In this document: piece by piece, positions 10,895 through 25,052 of the stretch
Layout: each line of letters opens with the position of its first letter
Numbering within the stretch: the first letter of the stretch is position 1
Assembly (NCBI GenBank): GCA_964016885.1
Contig: OZ024740.1
Span: forward strand, 358,298,001 to 358,362,000
Length of the DNA: 64,000 nt
Direction of reading: 5' to 3'
Source: Eledone cirrhosa
Taxonomy: Eukaryota
The notes under the pieces: model-generated
Database searches by the model: none
What the model saw: the letters and a program-made list of their open reading frames with translations, nothing else
Told to the model about the DNA's origin: nothing
Program-made: the position numbers and the translations under genes

Positions 10895-11098
10895 ATATCA
10901 AAATTAGCTTGGTGCAAGTAATTGGAACTGAAAAGTTATGCATGGCGGTATTAAATTCAAACATTCGAACCATCCTAAAACTAAAAAGCCCAGCTGAGGG
11001 CACACATAAATTGCTACGGTCGTCGCTGGTGCCCCCCCCCCCCCCGCACTGCAGGGGGCTCGAGGGCAATTGACCCCCCCCCATTAAATCCGGCTCTG
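10895..11098. mobile_element. hAT-like terminus (MITE end)
   Basis: Ends CCCCCATTAAATCCGGCTCTG (reverse complement CAGAGCCGGATTTAATGG) after C/G-run subterminal sequence. Confidence 0.45.
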
Positions 11099-11855
11099 GT
11101 CATGTGACAAAGATACGTAAACAGTAATAGAGCATTTTATTACTGCAAGAAATCTATTCACCAGAGGAGAATGTTGCTTGTGTAGTATAACATAGATCGT
11201 ATTTGGTATATTGAGTTCATTGGATATTTCCTATCTGGGCTTACAAAATAAACATTGACTGTATTTGAAATTTGATTTCACCTATAGCCAGTTTTAATTG
11301 CTACATGAGTTCAGATAACTTTAAAATTCTAATTTTAACCAACGAAACATTTAAGTAAATAGAAACTGGAAATCTTCACAGATGTTTGTCATTGTACGTA
11401 AGAACACGTGTCACACAAACCTTATGACAACAATTACACCCATTTTTGGTAGAAGTTTCTCACCCTATTGAGATAATAAGATGCGGCTTGCTAAGTTTCG
11501 GACTTCTTCTGTGATTTTCACATACTGCATATATCAAGTTCTTATATTGCAATCAGAAAAGTGCGTTAATTATGTGCGTAAACAAGCTGACATCAGTCTG
11601 CCAGTCACCTGTTTGTTAAGAAGACAAACAAAGTAATTAATTTTATTGTTTTTTTTTTATTGCTAGAGATATTTCTATGAAAAAGAAATTCGTGAATATA
11701 ATGTCTGCCCAGCAAATTTCCCATAATTAATTAAGAACAAACACCGACAATAAAAATAGACCAAAAGATAAGATATTAAACTTATTAAAAACTATTTATC
11801 TCAGTAAACTGATACCCCCCCCCCCCCCAACATATATATATTGTAATTGGAGAAT

Positions 11856-12035
11856 AATAATTGTTTCTACGTTAGGCACAAAGCCTGCAATTACCCAGTG
11901 CATTACTGGTACTTTATTTTATCGACCCCGTAAGGATGAAAGGCAAAGTTAACCTTGGCGGGATTTGAACTCAGAATGGCAAGGGCCGTAACTCTATGCG
12001 TCAAAGCATGGCGCCCGACCCTCTACCGATACTGG
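11856..12035 (-). mobile_element. Deu/Nin-domain-like SINE
   Basis: Close reverse complement of 3011-3192. Confidence 0.8.
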
Positions 12036-12717
12036 GGAATAATAATGATTATAAAGATACTGGTATCTTTATGTAATTGGTGATTAGTTGTGTAACAATT
12101 CAGGTCACGGTTTTGAGTAGTCATTAGGGAATGAATACGGTGGGATGGTTTCTCAGTTTGTCTTTGTTGAGCTGATACAAGGACGCAAGCTCACTACTAC
12201 AAAGTTCTTTTTAAAAGACTCGTCCATTTTTGCAATTACCGTTAGTTACAGCGCTAAAAGATATTACTTTTCAGTAACCCTTTGAACTAGGCGAACTGAA
12301 TGCGTCGGAGTTATATGTCTTACTAACGAGCAAAATCCTGTGACAGTATGCTATCCAATTAACTCTCCACCAGATAGATCTCGCTTAATCGTTCGATCGA
12401 CTACCTGTGTGCCATAGATCTGCTCGATCAATGCTGACCTATGACTACATAACAAAAATTGTCTGACTTGATTACGTTCCATCTTCTAGAAACTGTTCTT
12501 ATTTTGTTTCTTAAGAATATTATACACAATTGAAAGTGTCTCTAGAAAATCGAACTGACAAAACCAACCATTTTTCAGGATCACTCCCAGGGGATATATT
12601 AAAATTCAGTTAGAGCATCTAACAAGCCACTAGAAAATTATGTTTCACATTATTTGCATCGTTGAAATAGTATTTGTTTACATAATTTCTTTTTACATGC
12701 AGGTGGCCCAAACTTAA

Positions 12718-12899
12718 TACCTGTTTACAGAAAATGTGTTATCCTTAGTACATGTTTACAGATAGATGAGTTATTCATGACACCTGTTTACAGATAGGTG
12801 GGCTAACTATAGTACCTATTTGTAGAGAGATGGGCTATCTATAATACCTGTCTTCAGAGAGATGGGTATCGTAGTACCTGTTTACAGTCAAATGGGTTA
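12718..12899. repeat. ~32-bp minisatellite, ~6 diverged units
   Basis: Units of TACCTGTTTACAGA(T/G)AGATGGG(C/T)TA.. repeated head to tail. Confidence 0.8.
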
Positions 12900-14535
12900 A
12901 TGATGCTATAACTATATCGCAACCATGACCACATAACATAGCTGGTGATGGGATACGAACAACAGACATGTCTACATGCAGTCCAACATTCTGTTAATTT
13001 GACCAGCTGAGTTTTAGTGATTACGGTAAGATCACTCCATTACTGTACTGAACTCAAAGTTTAAATTTTGGCCAATGTGCTCGTGAAGAGGTTGGCGCTT
13101 GTCAGCGCCATTTTGAACCGATCTATTCACCTTAAGCGATACATCGTAGAAAGTGTGAGTAACAATTCTGGCTTCAGCTGGGCTTTGATATATTTGGATT
13201 AATTCAATAGGGTCGAGTGTCATTACTTGGAAACGGTTTTCGGTGTAACTGATTTCAATCCCATTTTCAGATACTAAGTCGCTTCGTTGTACAATAGTAT
13301 CTGCTCAGTAATTAGACTTAATAACTACTTTCCATTCTCTCTCTCGGCTTGTCTAGGGTGTTCTCTCGTTTTCAGCTCGTCTATATGTATTTACTCTTGA
13401 ACTATTGCTGTGGAAACTTGAGATTTTGATATGCATTCTCTTCGAATTGGGACGCGTAAAGGTATCGGACAAAATGAAAGTTGAGATCTTTATTGTTCTA
13501 AAAGAACACGAATCATTACTAGAAGCAAATATTAACTCAAATGAGCTTATAAAACTCGGCACCTAAAGAGGCAAGCCATGCCACCAACCAACGTTGTGCA
13601 TTGCTGGACTTACAGTTCGATTAAACATCTTGAAGATTATTTCGGTCAGAACATTTAGTTGGATAGGAACTAGGACTAACTTTCAAGCAGGGTGGCCAGT
13701 GTCACTAAAAAAATGGGTTGGGAAGTCGTTGTCACTGAAAGGCCGGTCTGATATGATGAACGTCTATAATTCACTCCGTTATATATTATTGCCTGGTCAT
13801 AGTATCTTGCTTTAGTTTTCGTCTCACCACATTGAAGCGTTTTCTCTTTCGTTTCTTATGGAAGATACACGTTCCACAAGTCATAATGCCCATCTATTGC
13901 TAATACCTTCTATGCGAAGGGTTCGGACATCTCCAGAACTCTTCATTCAAGAGCGAGAGAGGAGAAATGTCACTTAAATATGCTCCACTAAGAGTGTGTA
14001 GATTACGTTATACCCCCCAAAAGGATAATTAGACGTACTCTTCACTGATGTTTGCTCAATGACTTCTCTATCGGTCGGAGTAGGGCTTACAGAACAGTAT
14101 GCCTAGTTTATAAAACTTAACACAGAGTGAAGAAGCACATGCCGGTACACTAATGTTACAATATATGGGTCGATGCAATGTGAGATTCACAAAGAAGGAT
14201 GTTGGCATTTGATTCTTGGTTCGATGTCACCTTTTCAGAACAGTACGTGCAGGGAGGGCATGTATCTAGGAACGATATGTGATTGGATAGTTTTAATGGA
14301 TATGCAAGTCCTAGTGACACTTGCTTTGCCTTTCATCCTTTTAGTTTTGATAAAAAACAAAGTACCAGCTCAATGCTGGAGCAGCTCTTATGACATCCTG
14401 GATATTTCGTCTTCTCATGAGTACTTAGGTATCTAAAACTCTTAGAAAAAACATGGCAAATACTATCAGGTCATACTTGATTGCGAGTGCTAGCTGTAGG
14501 CTTTTTTCTTCTTGTTTTTAAGTTAGTGACCCTCA

Positions 14536-14578
<43 letters not shown>

Positions 14579-17229
14579 TCCGAAACTATGACTAGTCGAG
14601 AAGGCAGAATGAAATTCTATGAGCCTTGTGGTGTAATGGAGAAGACTTAATTGCTACATATATAGCAGTAAATGCCATTTGAGGGCTTCTTACCTGGATA
14701 AACTACGAAAAAGGAAACAGAGAAAAAAAGAGAATAGAGCCAACAACAGCAGAGTTGCAGTTCTGGGAATGGTTGACCTGGTCCTTGGTCACAGGAACCG
14801 ACACTCAGAAAGCCGAAGGCTCCAACTTTCAGTAGCTGGAGATAAACAATGAACATACCTGGGATGTTGAATAACTTACAAGAACATTTGATAGGCTGTT
14901 CCTAAAACCCACGTTAGCGTGATACGAAGAATTGTATCTAATACGCAAGAGAGATGGGGGTTCGTTCTTGCTCAGCAGAATTGTTGACAGGACGTTCGAA
15001 ATAAGCGGCATTCAGCACCTGGACGTAGTTCAATGGGGAAAATAATAATCAAAGTTGTTTGTTTTCTTTAAATTATTTATGTTTTTATTATTTGTATATA
15101 TTCTTTTAATTAATTTTGTAATTGAAAAATTAACACATCTAAATATATTGTGTATCATCTTTGTCCCTTGCCTCATTGTTATATAACTTTCTTTTGCTTA
15201 TTCCCACATGATTTACAGCGCTTTTGTATACGTTCTACCGTATTTATAAATGCGTCGTTGCGGCAAATGAAATGAAAAACTAAACCCATAATAATTTGGA
15301 CAAAAAAATACGTGGGTCTCAGTAAAAGACATTGGCGACGACGTTGATTCCTGGTTCATAGTTACTTTCGTGGCACAATATCAGCAGGTGGTCAGCACTG
15401 GTGTGATTTTTATCTATATGTGGTTGGGTGGAGTCATTATGAACATACAAATTCTCAGGACTACAAAACAACTTAAGGCGTTGTGCTCTGTGGTAGGTGT
15501 GACACAAAGACTATACGACTTATTATTCAGAGCAGAGAAAGCCTAGCTACAAAATATGTTGCAGTAATGGCCATTTAAAGATTTTAAACCAGAAGAGCTG
15601 GAAAAACTAAAACGGAAAGAGCAACAGCCATGGAGTGTGTATGGAGGAGGGAGGTGTTCCCAGAGCCCCATCACTGGCAAACCTGTAAACATCGAAATTG
15701 ACAGAGAAGCTAAGGGACACCGTACCCAGCCATAACTAGTAGGACCACTACACCATCTTGTGAAAATGAAGTGATGGAAAATAGACAGGAGGTGGCAGAT
15801 GATGGAGGCCGAGTAAAAGGCAATAAACTGGAAAATAGCCCCATCCTCGAGAAACATTACAAAAATGTGACCAAGAAAGCACATTCATTTTGCCCGTGGA
15901 CTATGAAATTTACAGTTCTTCGCATAATAACAAAAATTGTTATACAGTTACTTAACGCACCGAAGAAGAAAGAAGTAGTAAGGTATTGATTAAGCAATTT
16001 AGTGGAACACTTGAATGATGAAATGAACCTGCATAGATTCGATGGTTACTATTTTAATTGTTTGATCTACAGAAAGGTTTGATCATGAAATTAATGTGGA
16101 AGTAGCTGAGCATTCCACCGACATGTTCACCCTTATTCGGTGTGACAAGATTATGGGCGGAGTTTGGGAGAGGGAACATGTTGTTGGTAGTCCGGTATTT
16201 ATGTGCAGCTTCTATGTTAGGCTCTAAGCTGATGTCCTCATTTTGACACATGAATTTTAAAATCATTATTTGTTGTTTGCTTTCCTATCTAGTTTGATTT
16301 TCGGAAAAAAAAAAGAATACAGTATTATGAAAATCTAACCAGGCTTGAAAACCAGTTAAAGGTAGTTATCATTTTTTTTAATTTACAAGGAAATACGTAT
16401 ATTTGGAATGTTTTACATGTCTGTATACCTGAAAAATGTGTAAATTTATATATACGTGCAGTGATGGTTACTTCTATTCTCTATATATGCTGATATAAAT
16501 TTATCATATACGGTTGCTTAGCACACAACTTAACATATATAATATTAATATTATAAAATATTGTATTCCAGCTACTAGAAATGCGTGGTCCGCTGTTCAA
16601 GTTGATTAATTGTTTCTGAGAATTTTTCCGACAGATGCTGGACATTTTTATATAAGATTGTGGGGAATTAAAGGTAATTTACATATTCGATTATCTCCAT
16701 TTCATCCGTTTCCTTTAGTGATCTGACAAATTTTTCGACTTTCAATTTAAGGATAATTCAGCAGAAAATGTGTGGATAAAAATGACGATGGTTGTTGAGG
16801 AAAGCTGTGCAGTTCTTAAGGTCAGAAAGATTGACACATGATTCACTGTGCATCCTGACATTCACCGTAATTTGAAAGAACATGACAAATCATTGGAAAT
16901 GCTAACGAAATGCAAGAATGGTAACCTCATAATAGTAAGAATGGAAATCAAGAGGCATACATCATGAGAAGGTAGAAGGTTGGTGAGAAGAATATACCAG
17001 CTATCTACAAAAGGATATGGGAGCATTTTCCTACTGATGTGTTAATGGTATAAGTGATTGGCCAAAATGTTTAAAAAAATTAACTCCATGTGGTCTGGAA
17101 GCGGCTGATTACGTAACATCGAAGCTGTATTCAAATTTTCCTGACTTTATTAATATTTAAACATACACCATTACAAAGACCAATTGAAACAGACGACGCA
17201 AAGCACTAACATAAACTCTAAGTACTGAG

Positions 17230-17440
17230 AACACACAGAAGACAAAAACAGTGTGGTGTTATCTTATGAAGATTGGTGCAGAATATTTTAAGGAAAATCA
17301 CCGGAAAACTGAGGAGAATAAAAGGCTATGACGAAGAATTCGCCCAAGATTTGCACTGACCGTCAGCTGTGACCTGTGTGGGGATATTTCTTTTTTTGCA
17401 AAATTCAGCCTTGCCAGCCACCAAAGGCAACGTTAGGGAT
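17230..17440 (+). pseudogene. Highly decayed RTE/BovB-like ORF C-terminus
   Basis: LMKIGAEYFKENHRKTEENKR followed by CDLCG..FSLASHQR (C2H2-like). Confidence 0.4.
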
Positions 17441-18423
17441 GAGAAAATGGAAAAGAGAAAAATATACTCGGAAACGAGGAAAAGCCTATGACGAGACATG
17501 TCAATGAGCGTGGCTTGTGAGTGTTTCTGAAAGAATGACCATAGGTCATTCAATGTCAGTGATGCTATAGTTTCCACCATACAACCACTCATTCTCTTAT
17601 CTAACTACAACTTTATAACAAAGAGACGATTTTGCGTATACAGGCAACATAATCGTCATAGTATCAGACATTTTAGTAATCAAGGGTGGAACAGAAAAGG
17701 TCTACGAGTTCACAACTCAGTACAGGGGAAAGCAAATCTAAAACCACTAGGCATTAGCTTCTGCAAGGTTTTCGATTAAAGCGCTCAAGTCTGGTTCAGT
17801 TCAGACATCTTGCTGGATAGAAACAACCAAAGAAGCCAGTCTTACCAAGATTTATAGGCTGATTGTGCCGATCTTGACTAATTTAAACATGAGGCCTTAT
17901 ATTTTTTAAGAAGTGTTGCATTAACATAAGAATCTATTTACTCAGCGACGCAGATAAGATTAAAGTGTAATGCATTTAGTTCGGTACTCTATATTTCTGT
18001 CAAATCTTCACCCTTTTAAACGTATTATATTATGTGATGCAAGGTGTGGCTGTATATATTCTATTGATGTTTTAAATGTAATCGTCACAGCGTAAATGAC
18101 TATACCAATACTCGATTTCTCTAAATAATAGTTGAGAAAATCAGATAAATTATCTCTGAAGAGAGAAAGACGTAAGCAGATGCGAAGAATCGAAATCCGC
18201 ATCTCTCAGATATCGAGTTAACCCTGTTAAGGGGTCCCTGGCCACTAATTGCCATCTTTTAGATTTACAGCCTGCATCTGGTTGACATAAGAACCATTAG
18301 GAAAGTTTGAAATTAAGTTGCCCCAGCGTAAATGGCTACAACAATAGTTATCACTATAAGTAACAGTTCTAATGGAAATATGTTTCTACTCCTCTGTTCA
18401 AGGAGAAATGTGATCCTCTAGAG

Positions 18424-21400
18424 CAAAGGTTCTCAACCCATTTCGGCCAAACGCCCCCCCCCCCCCTACCCTTTTTTTCCATTTTTCAATATACTACTGA
18501 TTTTGATATCAGTAGATTACTAAAAAATTGATTAACGATATTCCAAAGATACCATTGCAGTCAGTTGAAAGTATAAATACATTCCTTGAAAGGAAATATA
18601 TAAATTTCAAAAAAAGGAACATAAATGTTCTTTTTTATGAATTAGGACCAGTTGAATTTGTTATATTCCCACCAGACGATACCGGCTATTTTGAACATTT
18701 AGACAAGAGCAACTCTGTCTATCCAAAGAGTGCTCTTATCTGGAAGAAAGTGGCAATTGTATTATTTCAAAGCTTTCCAATTTTCCCTTTAATGAAACGG
18801 ACAGAATAAATGTTGATATCTAACTTGATGTCCCCTCCGCTTTGTGACCACGCAAGAGGGTTTTCATGACCTCGTAAGAGGGTATATTCATTAGTAAACG
18901 GTAAAATATATACAACAAATGAGTAAGTGAATTGTGGTAGATGGTTTCCAGTCCAGTCAGACTGCAACTACAAATAAAAAATCGACTTACTTTGACCTCG
19001 TATCAATGGGACCCTTGAGCTTCATGGAGTTTAGTTAACTCTTTGACGTCAGGCTGGATTTTCGTGAGCTGTAGCCGGAGATCTCCACGTGTAATCACAT
19101 TGTAGCGGTTGCAAGCCTTACTATGCAGTCTGGAAATAACGCCAAACCCCCTCTCGACTAAGTATGAGCTAGGAAAAGGCAAAGCAAATCTCTTAGCCTC
19201 TGCATGTAAGAGTGGAAATCGACGCTGAATTTCCTCTCGCATCCAAAAAAGGGGTTCACCTATTTTGGAAAATTTCATTTTGATAATGTCATCTGTCTGA
19301 AGTTCAATTAATTCTTCCTGAAATTTAACGTCGAAATCGTCGACGTTGGCTATGAAGGGATCTGCAATCCACATTGGGATGTCCATCTGCAAAAGGTCGA
19401 CAAACCGTTCTCTCATGTTGTCTTGTAGTGCACGGAGGTGCGCGGTATAAATTTGCAGTTGGTCATCGCTTACAATGTTTTGAACATTGGCCACACTAGG
19501 AAAATTATAGAATTCCCGTCGACAAAGATTCCTTTCGATGACTTTCAATTTGGCCAGGAATATTTTCACAGCATTCCTTGCTTTAAACAAGGTGATCTTC
19601 TCCCCCTGCAAAGCCATAATGAGACTATTGCATTTGTCAAAGATGTCGGCGAGGTAGGCACAGTCTTGCCTCACATCGAGGTTTTTTTTTATATAGTTCT
19701 GTGTTGCGTCCTCGAAGAAACTCAATGATAGAGTCGAACAGTTCAAAGAAGCGAGTAAGGCACTTGCCCTTTGAAAGCCACCTCACTTCAGTATGAAGGA
19801 GCAACTCGACGAATTCTTCGTCATTATCTTCGCACAGTTGCCGGAAAATTCGTTCATTGAGGGCATGGCGTTTGATATAATTGATGACATCAATGGCTAC
19901 CTGCAAAGACTTGCTCAGCAGCTCGATGAGTTTCTTCGCAGCCAAGTGTTGTCGATGAATGACACAATGAACAGCAAATACAGATGGATTTTCCCTCTTC
20001 AGAAGAGAGACGAAATCCTTATGTTGGCCGACCATTGCTCTTGCGCCGTCCGTAGCACATGATACAATATTGTTAAGAGGTATCTCTTTTTCTTCGAGGT
20101 ATCCCTTGACAGATTCAAAGATCGTGGCACCTTTAGTATCTGTGGCGAGATTCAGAGTGAAGAGAAGCTCCTCGTGCATTTCGTTTTGGTAGAAAAATCG
20201 CACGTATCCCAGTAGTAAGGACTGATTCCCGGAAAGTGTGCTTTCATCAAGTTGCAAAGCAAATTGTGTCGATTTCAAGATGTTGCATAATTGTTGTTCA
20301 ACATTTTTCGCCATTTCGTCGATGCGTCTCTTTATTGAGTCGTTACTCAACGGAATGCATTTCAAGGTCTTTAACGGGTTCTGACGTAGTACTGTTGAAA
20401 GAACTTCTGAGATGACAGGGGCTACCAATGTTTCACCCAAGGAATGGGGCTTGCCACACTTTGCGATTATGTTGGCAATATTGTAAGATGCGACAAGTCC
20501 ATCAACATTTGAAGCTTCAACTTTTGAAAAGGTAGAAGAAATTAGTGTTGTTTTCTGGAATTGGTCCCTAAGAGTCTGAAAGTATGCTAAATCTTTATAT
20601 CTCTTATCGGGGTGTCTCACCTCCAGGTGTCTACTCAAACGCGATGGCTTCATCGCCTCATTAGAAAAGGACTCCTTGCAAATTAAACACATGGGTGACA
20701 GGTGGTTCGACGGCGATGGGATGAATCCGAGCCGTAAGTAATCAACGCTGTACTGCCTGCATTTTTTCTTCATTGCTGAGGCCATTTTCTGTTTAGCGAA
20801 TGTGTTTGGTAAAGTTACGCAAAGATTTGCCTATATAAGCCTATACAATTATGTATAAGGAACTTACTATAATGAGTCCTGTTCCAGTATGATAAAGTTT
20901 CAAGTAATGTTCTGGAATAACACTTTGTAATAAACAAAACTGCAATGAAAAAGACAAATACTGTCATTAATTAAGTCGAGACAAGTTATATATGAAGATT
21001 AACCAGTCTTTCATGTAGGAATAGTAATAACTTAGCTTGAGGGAATTAAGGTGGCAGACTCAATAAAGGATCAACGAGGCACGAGTTCAAGAGAACTTAA
21101 TGCAAGAATGACTAGTAATGTGCTATTTTGAAATGGAATTCATCAATTAAGCACGTAGTGATAAGACGCGATAATACTAATTTAAGATATTACTTATTAG
21201 TCAGAGTTACTCAAATTATCGCCCTTAACTTAATGCATCGCTGTGATATTCTTGTAATGGTGCTGCAATTATAATGGATGACTGTTGAAGACTACAAAAG
21301 CATTTCCTTAAACCCAAGGCTATAACAAGACTTGATCGTAGTATAAACAGTCAGTTTATATAGGAATAGCAACAACCTAGTTATAGAATAAATGATGTGG

Positions 21401-21510
21401 AAATGCAATGAAGATAAGATGGGGTCAAGCAAACCGAATGTTAGTAAGAATGAGCTGAAGTATCGAGGTCAAGCCGATCACGGTGATGAACGGGTCAGTG
21501 AATAATGTTG
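18424..21510 (-). mobile_element. Buster/Charlie-type hAT DNA transposon (right boundary uncertain)
   Basis: TIR-like CAAAGGTTCTCAACC at 18424, preceded by NNNTANNN site CTCTAGAG. Contains the transposase. A matching second TIR was not found. Confidence 0.7.
19003..20785 (-). CDS. hAT Buster/Charlie (ZBED5/SCAND3-like) transposase, single +1 frameshift in A9 run
   Basis: BED finger CLIC..MKPSRLSRHLEVRH, LDEST, ATDGARAM, HCVIH, EVRWLS, FPSSYLVERGF. Removing one T at 19682-19690 gives one ~593-aa ORF. Confidence 0.88.
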
Positions 21511-21518
21511 CTCTTTTC

Positions 21519-23709
21519 CAGGGGCCTCGTTTGCCTTAAAAATGTGAGGGGGACAAACCAACATTTGTTGGAGCATTTTAGTATTACTTATCGTGTCTTT
21601 CCTGAACCCTATCACATAAGTAAACATTTCTTTACGCTAATTAAATTTTATATATTCAAATGTGTTCAGATATTAAAAAAAAAAGCTTAAAAAGTATTTA
21701 TTATATCAAATAAACAAAAAATAAAACATAGACGTTTGAATAAAAATCATATAAAGTAAATTTATTGTCTTTTAGAACTTTCCAAATGTATCATATCTCG
21801 CATCATTGCTGTCAATAAATAATTTAGCAACTTCTTCACAACTAATATTTTTCAAAACATCTTTATGAACGTCTCATATTAGAATATGATTCAACCTTTG
21901 CTAAGTCATGGTCGATCGCAACCAAGTTTTGAGTCTCTGCAGAGCGCTAAAAGATCTTTCAGCTTCACAAGAACTGGTTGGAAACATTAAAAGTAGCCTG
22001 AACAATCGCACATCATTTAGAAACACGCGACGGACTTCTGGTTGCATTTCACCGAATATTTTACGATGATCCTCGAGAGATGATCCACTATGATGATTTC
22101 TATAAAAAAGTATTTCGTTCCTTAAAGAAAATTCATCAAGCTCTGGATACTGTATGATCACTTCAGCACAAACATTTCCATTCCTGGTATCTTTTAGGAA
22201 CTTTTCATTGCCTGGGTAGCTCCAAAGGGGAAATATCGAGTTGATAAATCATTTTTTCTGCTGTATTGAACAGCTCCTGAAATTTTTCTTCACTGCGTAG
22301 ATTTGTTTAGCTCCTCCTGCACCAGTTTGACACTATGCAACATGCTACCTAGATTGAAGGTGGTACTTTGAAAATATTTGTTCAATCCTTCAAGGAATTG
22401 AAGTAATGGAACTGTAGCAGCTGCCTCCCTTGTTGTGACTTACAACCCCAATAGATTAACAACATCTAGACGGGAAGTAGAACCCTTTCTGTAACTTCCG
22501 ACAGAGCCCTATAAAACGAATAGCTTTCGGCTCCCTACCTCTCATTTGCCCTTCCGGTGCCTGGCCTTCGCCAAGCGTCTTCTGCCAGCCTGCGTTTGCC
22601 TGGCAATCAAAACGGTAATTACTAACTTTGCTTCATTCTTTCATCTATTTCTTTGACATGTCAACTATACTGTTAAATTCCTGATTAAATATTATACACA
22701 CAAACCATGTCTCCTTGTTACATTCATACACACGAGTTCTCCGCTATAGAACTACAACGTGCAATCCAAGGACACATTGGCCCGGAGAGTGACACGTAAG
22801 AATAACATTAGCTCTGGATGCAATGTTGGTGCCAAACTCATTTGTTACCTCTTGTAAAGAAATAGGGACATCTGAATAATTGTCACGAAGGGCTTTGACT
22901 GCAGAAAGTCGTGTTAGCCATCGAGTAGGGCACACAGGTGTTAAGGAGCGTGGTGACGATACTTCATTTTCTTCATCATGTTGTGATAAATACGCTTGCT
23001 TAAATTTTCCTGATGTACTATATAGTTTCCGCAATTTATTCACGCAACCTAGAACATTTTTGATAAGTGAAGCTTGTTGTACAGACTTAGTTATAATAAG
23101 TTGAGAAATATGAATGCCGCAGTGCACGTAATGGGCCAAATCAAGTTATGTTAGAATGATCTTTAAAAAATACCCGTTCGAATTAAATACAAAAAAAGTT
23201 TCAATCCAAAACAAAAGCAAACTATTTCAAATTATATATTTTTGAAAAATAGACGTGAATGTTCTCAAAGACTTGATTTCAGTCGAAAAAGCTTTTTTTT
23301 TATAAATTCTATATTTCACTGTTAGCGGTTGTAATATTTTGATTGGATAAGCAATTCTACAATTCAAACTGTAAAGTCAAAATACAAAAGATATAAAATA
23401 TGAAGAATTTCTTACCTTTCCCTGAAATCACAAACTCAGGGGAAAAATAGTACCTTGCAAAATTAAATACCTCGTAGCAAAATAAAATACTTAGCAACGA
23501 ATGATGCTTGGGGACAGTGAGAAAGTAGTATTTGTATATAGATACAGACACACACAAACACGCACACACACACACAAGTTTGTGTGTGTGTATGTATGTG
23601 TGCGTGTCTATGTGTGTGTCTGTGTATCTATCTATGTATATATATATATTGGTTTGGGTACAGAAAGAATTTTGTCTACAGTTTTTTATTGCCAGGTCAA
23701 AGGCCACTG
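21519..23709 (-). mobile_element. hAT (Tip100/ZMYM1-like) element with decayed transposase and 8-bp TSD
   Basis: TIR CAGGGGCCT / AGGCCACTG. TSD CTCTTTTC at 21511-21518 and 23710-23717. Motifs YVHC..H, CPTRW, SSCEAERSFSAL.RLKTWLRSTM. Confidence 0.85.
22413..22748 (+). mobile_element. Solo LTR (Gypsy-like) nested in hAT transposase
   Basis: TGTAGC..GCTATA termini, 4-bp TSD GAAC on both sides, internal TATAAAA and ATTAAA. Removing it rejoins the transposase frame (LHVVV|PLLQFLE). Confidence 0.75.
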
Positions 23710-23832
23710 CTCTTTTCAACAACGCTCTACACACACACATATATATATATAAATGAAGAGAGAAAGAGGGAGGGACAGAGAGAGTAAGAAATGTGTGTGT
23801 GTTTGGTACACATCTATCTATCTATCTCCAAC

Positions 23833-24005
23833 AGGGGGCTCACACATGCGGCCCGCGAACTACTTATCTGTGGCCCGTGGTAGAACCAATATTTCATATC
23901 GCATTATAACTGGTGAACATTTTCACCCACCACCACGTTTGGCCCCCTGTGCCTCTCCTCCAGGACGTAATAGCCCTTTTGTGTCCTTGAGTTTGAGAGC
24001 CCCCT
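23833..24005. mobile_element. hAT/Charlie-like MITE
   Basis: AGGGGGCTCACAC...GAGAGCCCCCT termini, GCGGCCCG subterminal motifs. Confidence 0.5.
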
Positions 24006-24079
24006 TCTACACACACACACACGGACATATTTAACTTTTTTTTCTGTCTCTGGACTACGCCATGCTGGAGCATCACCTT

Positions 24080-24290
24080 GGTATGTTATGGGGACGTCAA
24101 CAAACCAACAAGCATTGGTGGGAGGGCAAACACAAACGCAAAGACACACACAGACATATATACATATATACGACGGGCTTCTTTTAGTTTCGATCTATCA
24201 AATCCACTCACAGGGCTTTGATCGGCCCGGGCAGTGGGACTGAACCCGGAAATATGTGGTTGGGAAACAAGCTTCTTGTCACACTGCATA
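24080..24290 (-). mobile_element. tRNA-derived octopus-type SINE
   Basis: Reverse complement reads GAAGCTTGTTTCCCAACCAC..CCGGGTTCAGTCCCACTGC..GTGAGTGGATTTG..AAAGAAGCCCGTCG. Confidence 0.65.
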
Positions 24291-24458
24291 AATATATATA
24301 TATAACCTTACACACTTAAATATAAATGCATGTATATATACAAATGTATAAATGCATAGCTATATACATATGTATGTATGTATATAGATTTATATATATG
24401 TATGTATGTAGATTTATATATATATGTATGTATGTATATTTATATATATATGTATGTA

Positions 24459-24517
<59 letters not shown>

Positions 24518-24518
<1 letters not shown>

Positions 24519-24851
24519 CACACGGCTTAGTGGTTAGAGCATTGGCCTTGCAATCGAAAGGTTGTGAGTTCAATTCTCAGACCGGGTGATGTGTTATTTC
24601 CTTGAGCAAGACACTTTATTTCACATTGCTCCAGTTTACTCAGCTGTAGAAATGAGATGATAGGGACTGGGGTCCATATCATTGCACTGCAAAGTGGTCG
24701 TGGAGGTGCCACGGCAAAAAAAAGCACCCAGCACTCACTGTAAATGAGGTTGGTGTTAGGAAGGGCATCCAGCTGTAGAAATCAAGCCAGAACCAGTTCC
24801 CGTCCCACCCTTGCAAGCAGATGGAAACAGATGGAAAATGATGATGATGAT
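24518..24851 (+). mobile_element. tRNA-headed SINE with RTE-derived 3' tail
   Basis: A box GGCTTAGTGG, B box GAGTTCAATTC, CTTGAGCAAGACAC, then GGTGTTAGGAAGGGCATCCAGCTGTAGAAA and (GAT)n. Near-identical copy at 51061. Confidence 0.8.
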
Positions 24852-25052
24852 ATATATATATATATAATATATACATATATAATATATATATATATAATAT
24901 ATATATATAATATATATATATATAATATATATATATAATATATATATATACATATATAATATATATACATATATAATATATATATACATATATAATATAT
25001 ATATATACATATATAGTATATATACATATATATATATATATTTATTAAAATA

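Noticed and set aside
12718-12899. Regular ~32-bp repeats resembling a CRISPR array
   Set aside because: Whole units are homologous with no unique spacers. Eukaryotic context, no cas genes. It is a minisatellite.
13060-16050. Promoter-like CGCCATTTT motif and purine-rich coding-like stretches (possible LTR gag/pol or other TE debris)
   Set aside because: No diagnostic motif or consistent frame recognisable by eye. Needs translated searches.
24518-24590. tRNA gene candidates (also 51061-51135)
   Set aside because: They are SINE heads continuing into repeat bodies, without a complete cloverleaf.
24316-25027. YIYI/MYVC/ERER-type ORFs (also 3627-3876, 7754-7951, 8229-8525, 23357-23787, 25493-25965)
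   Set aside because: Translations of microsatellites, not genes.
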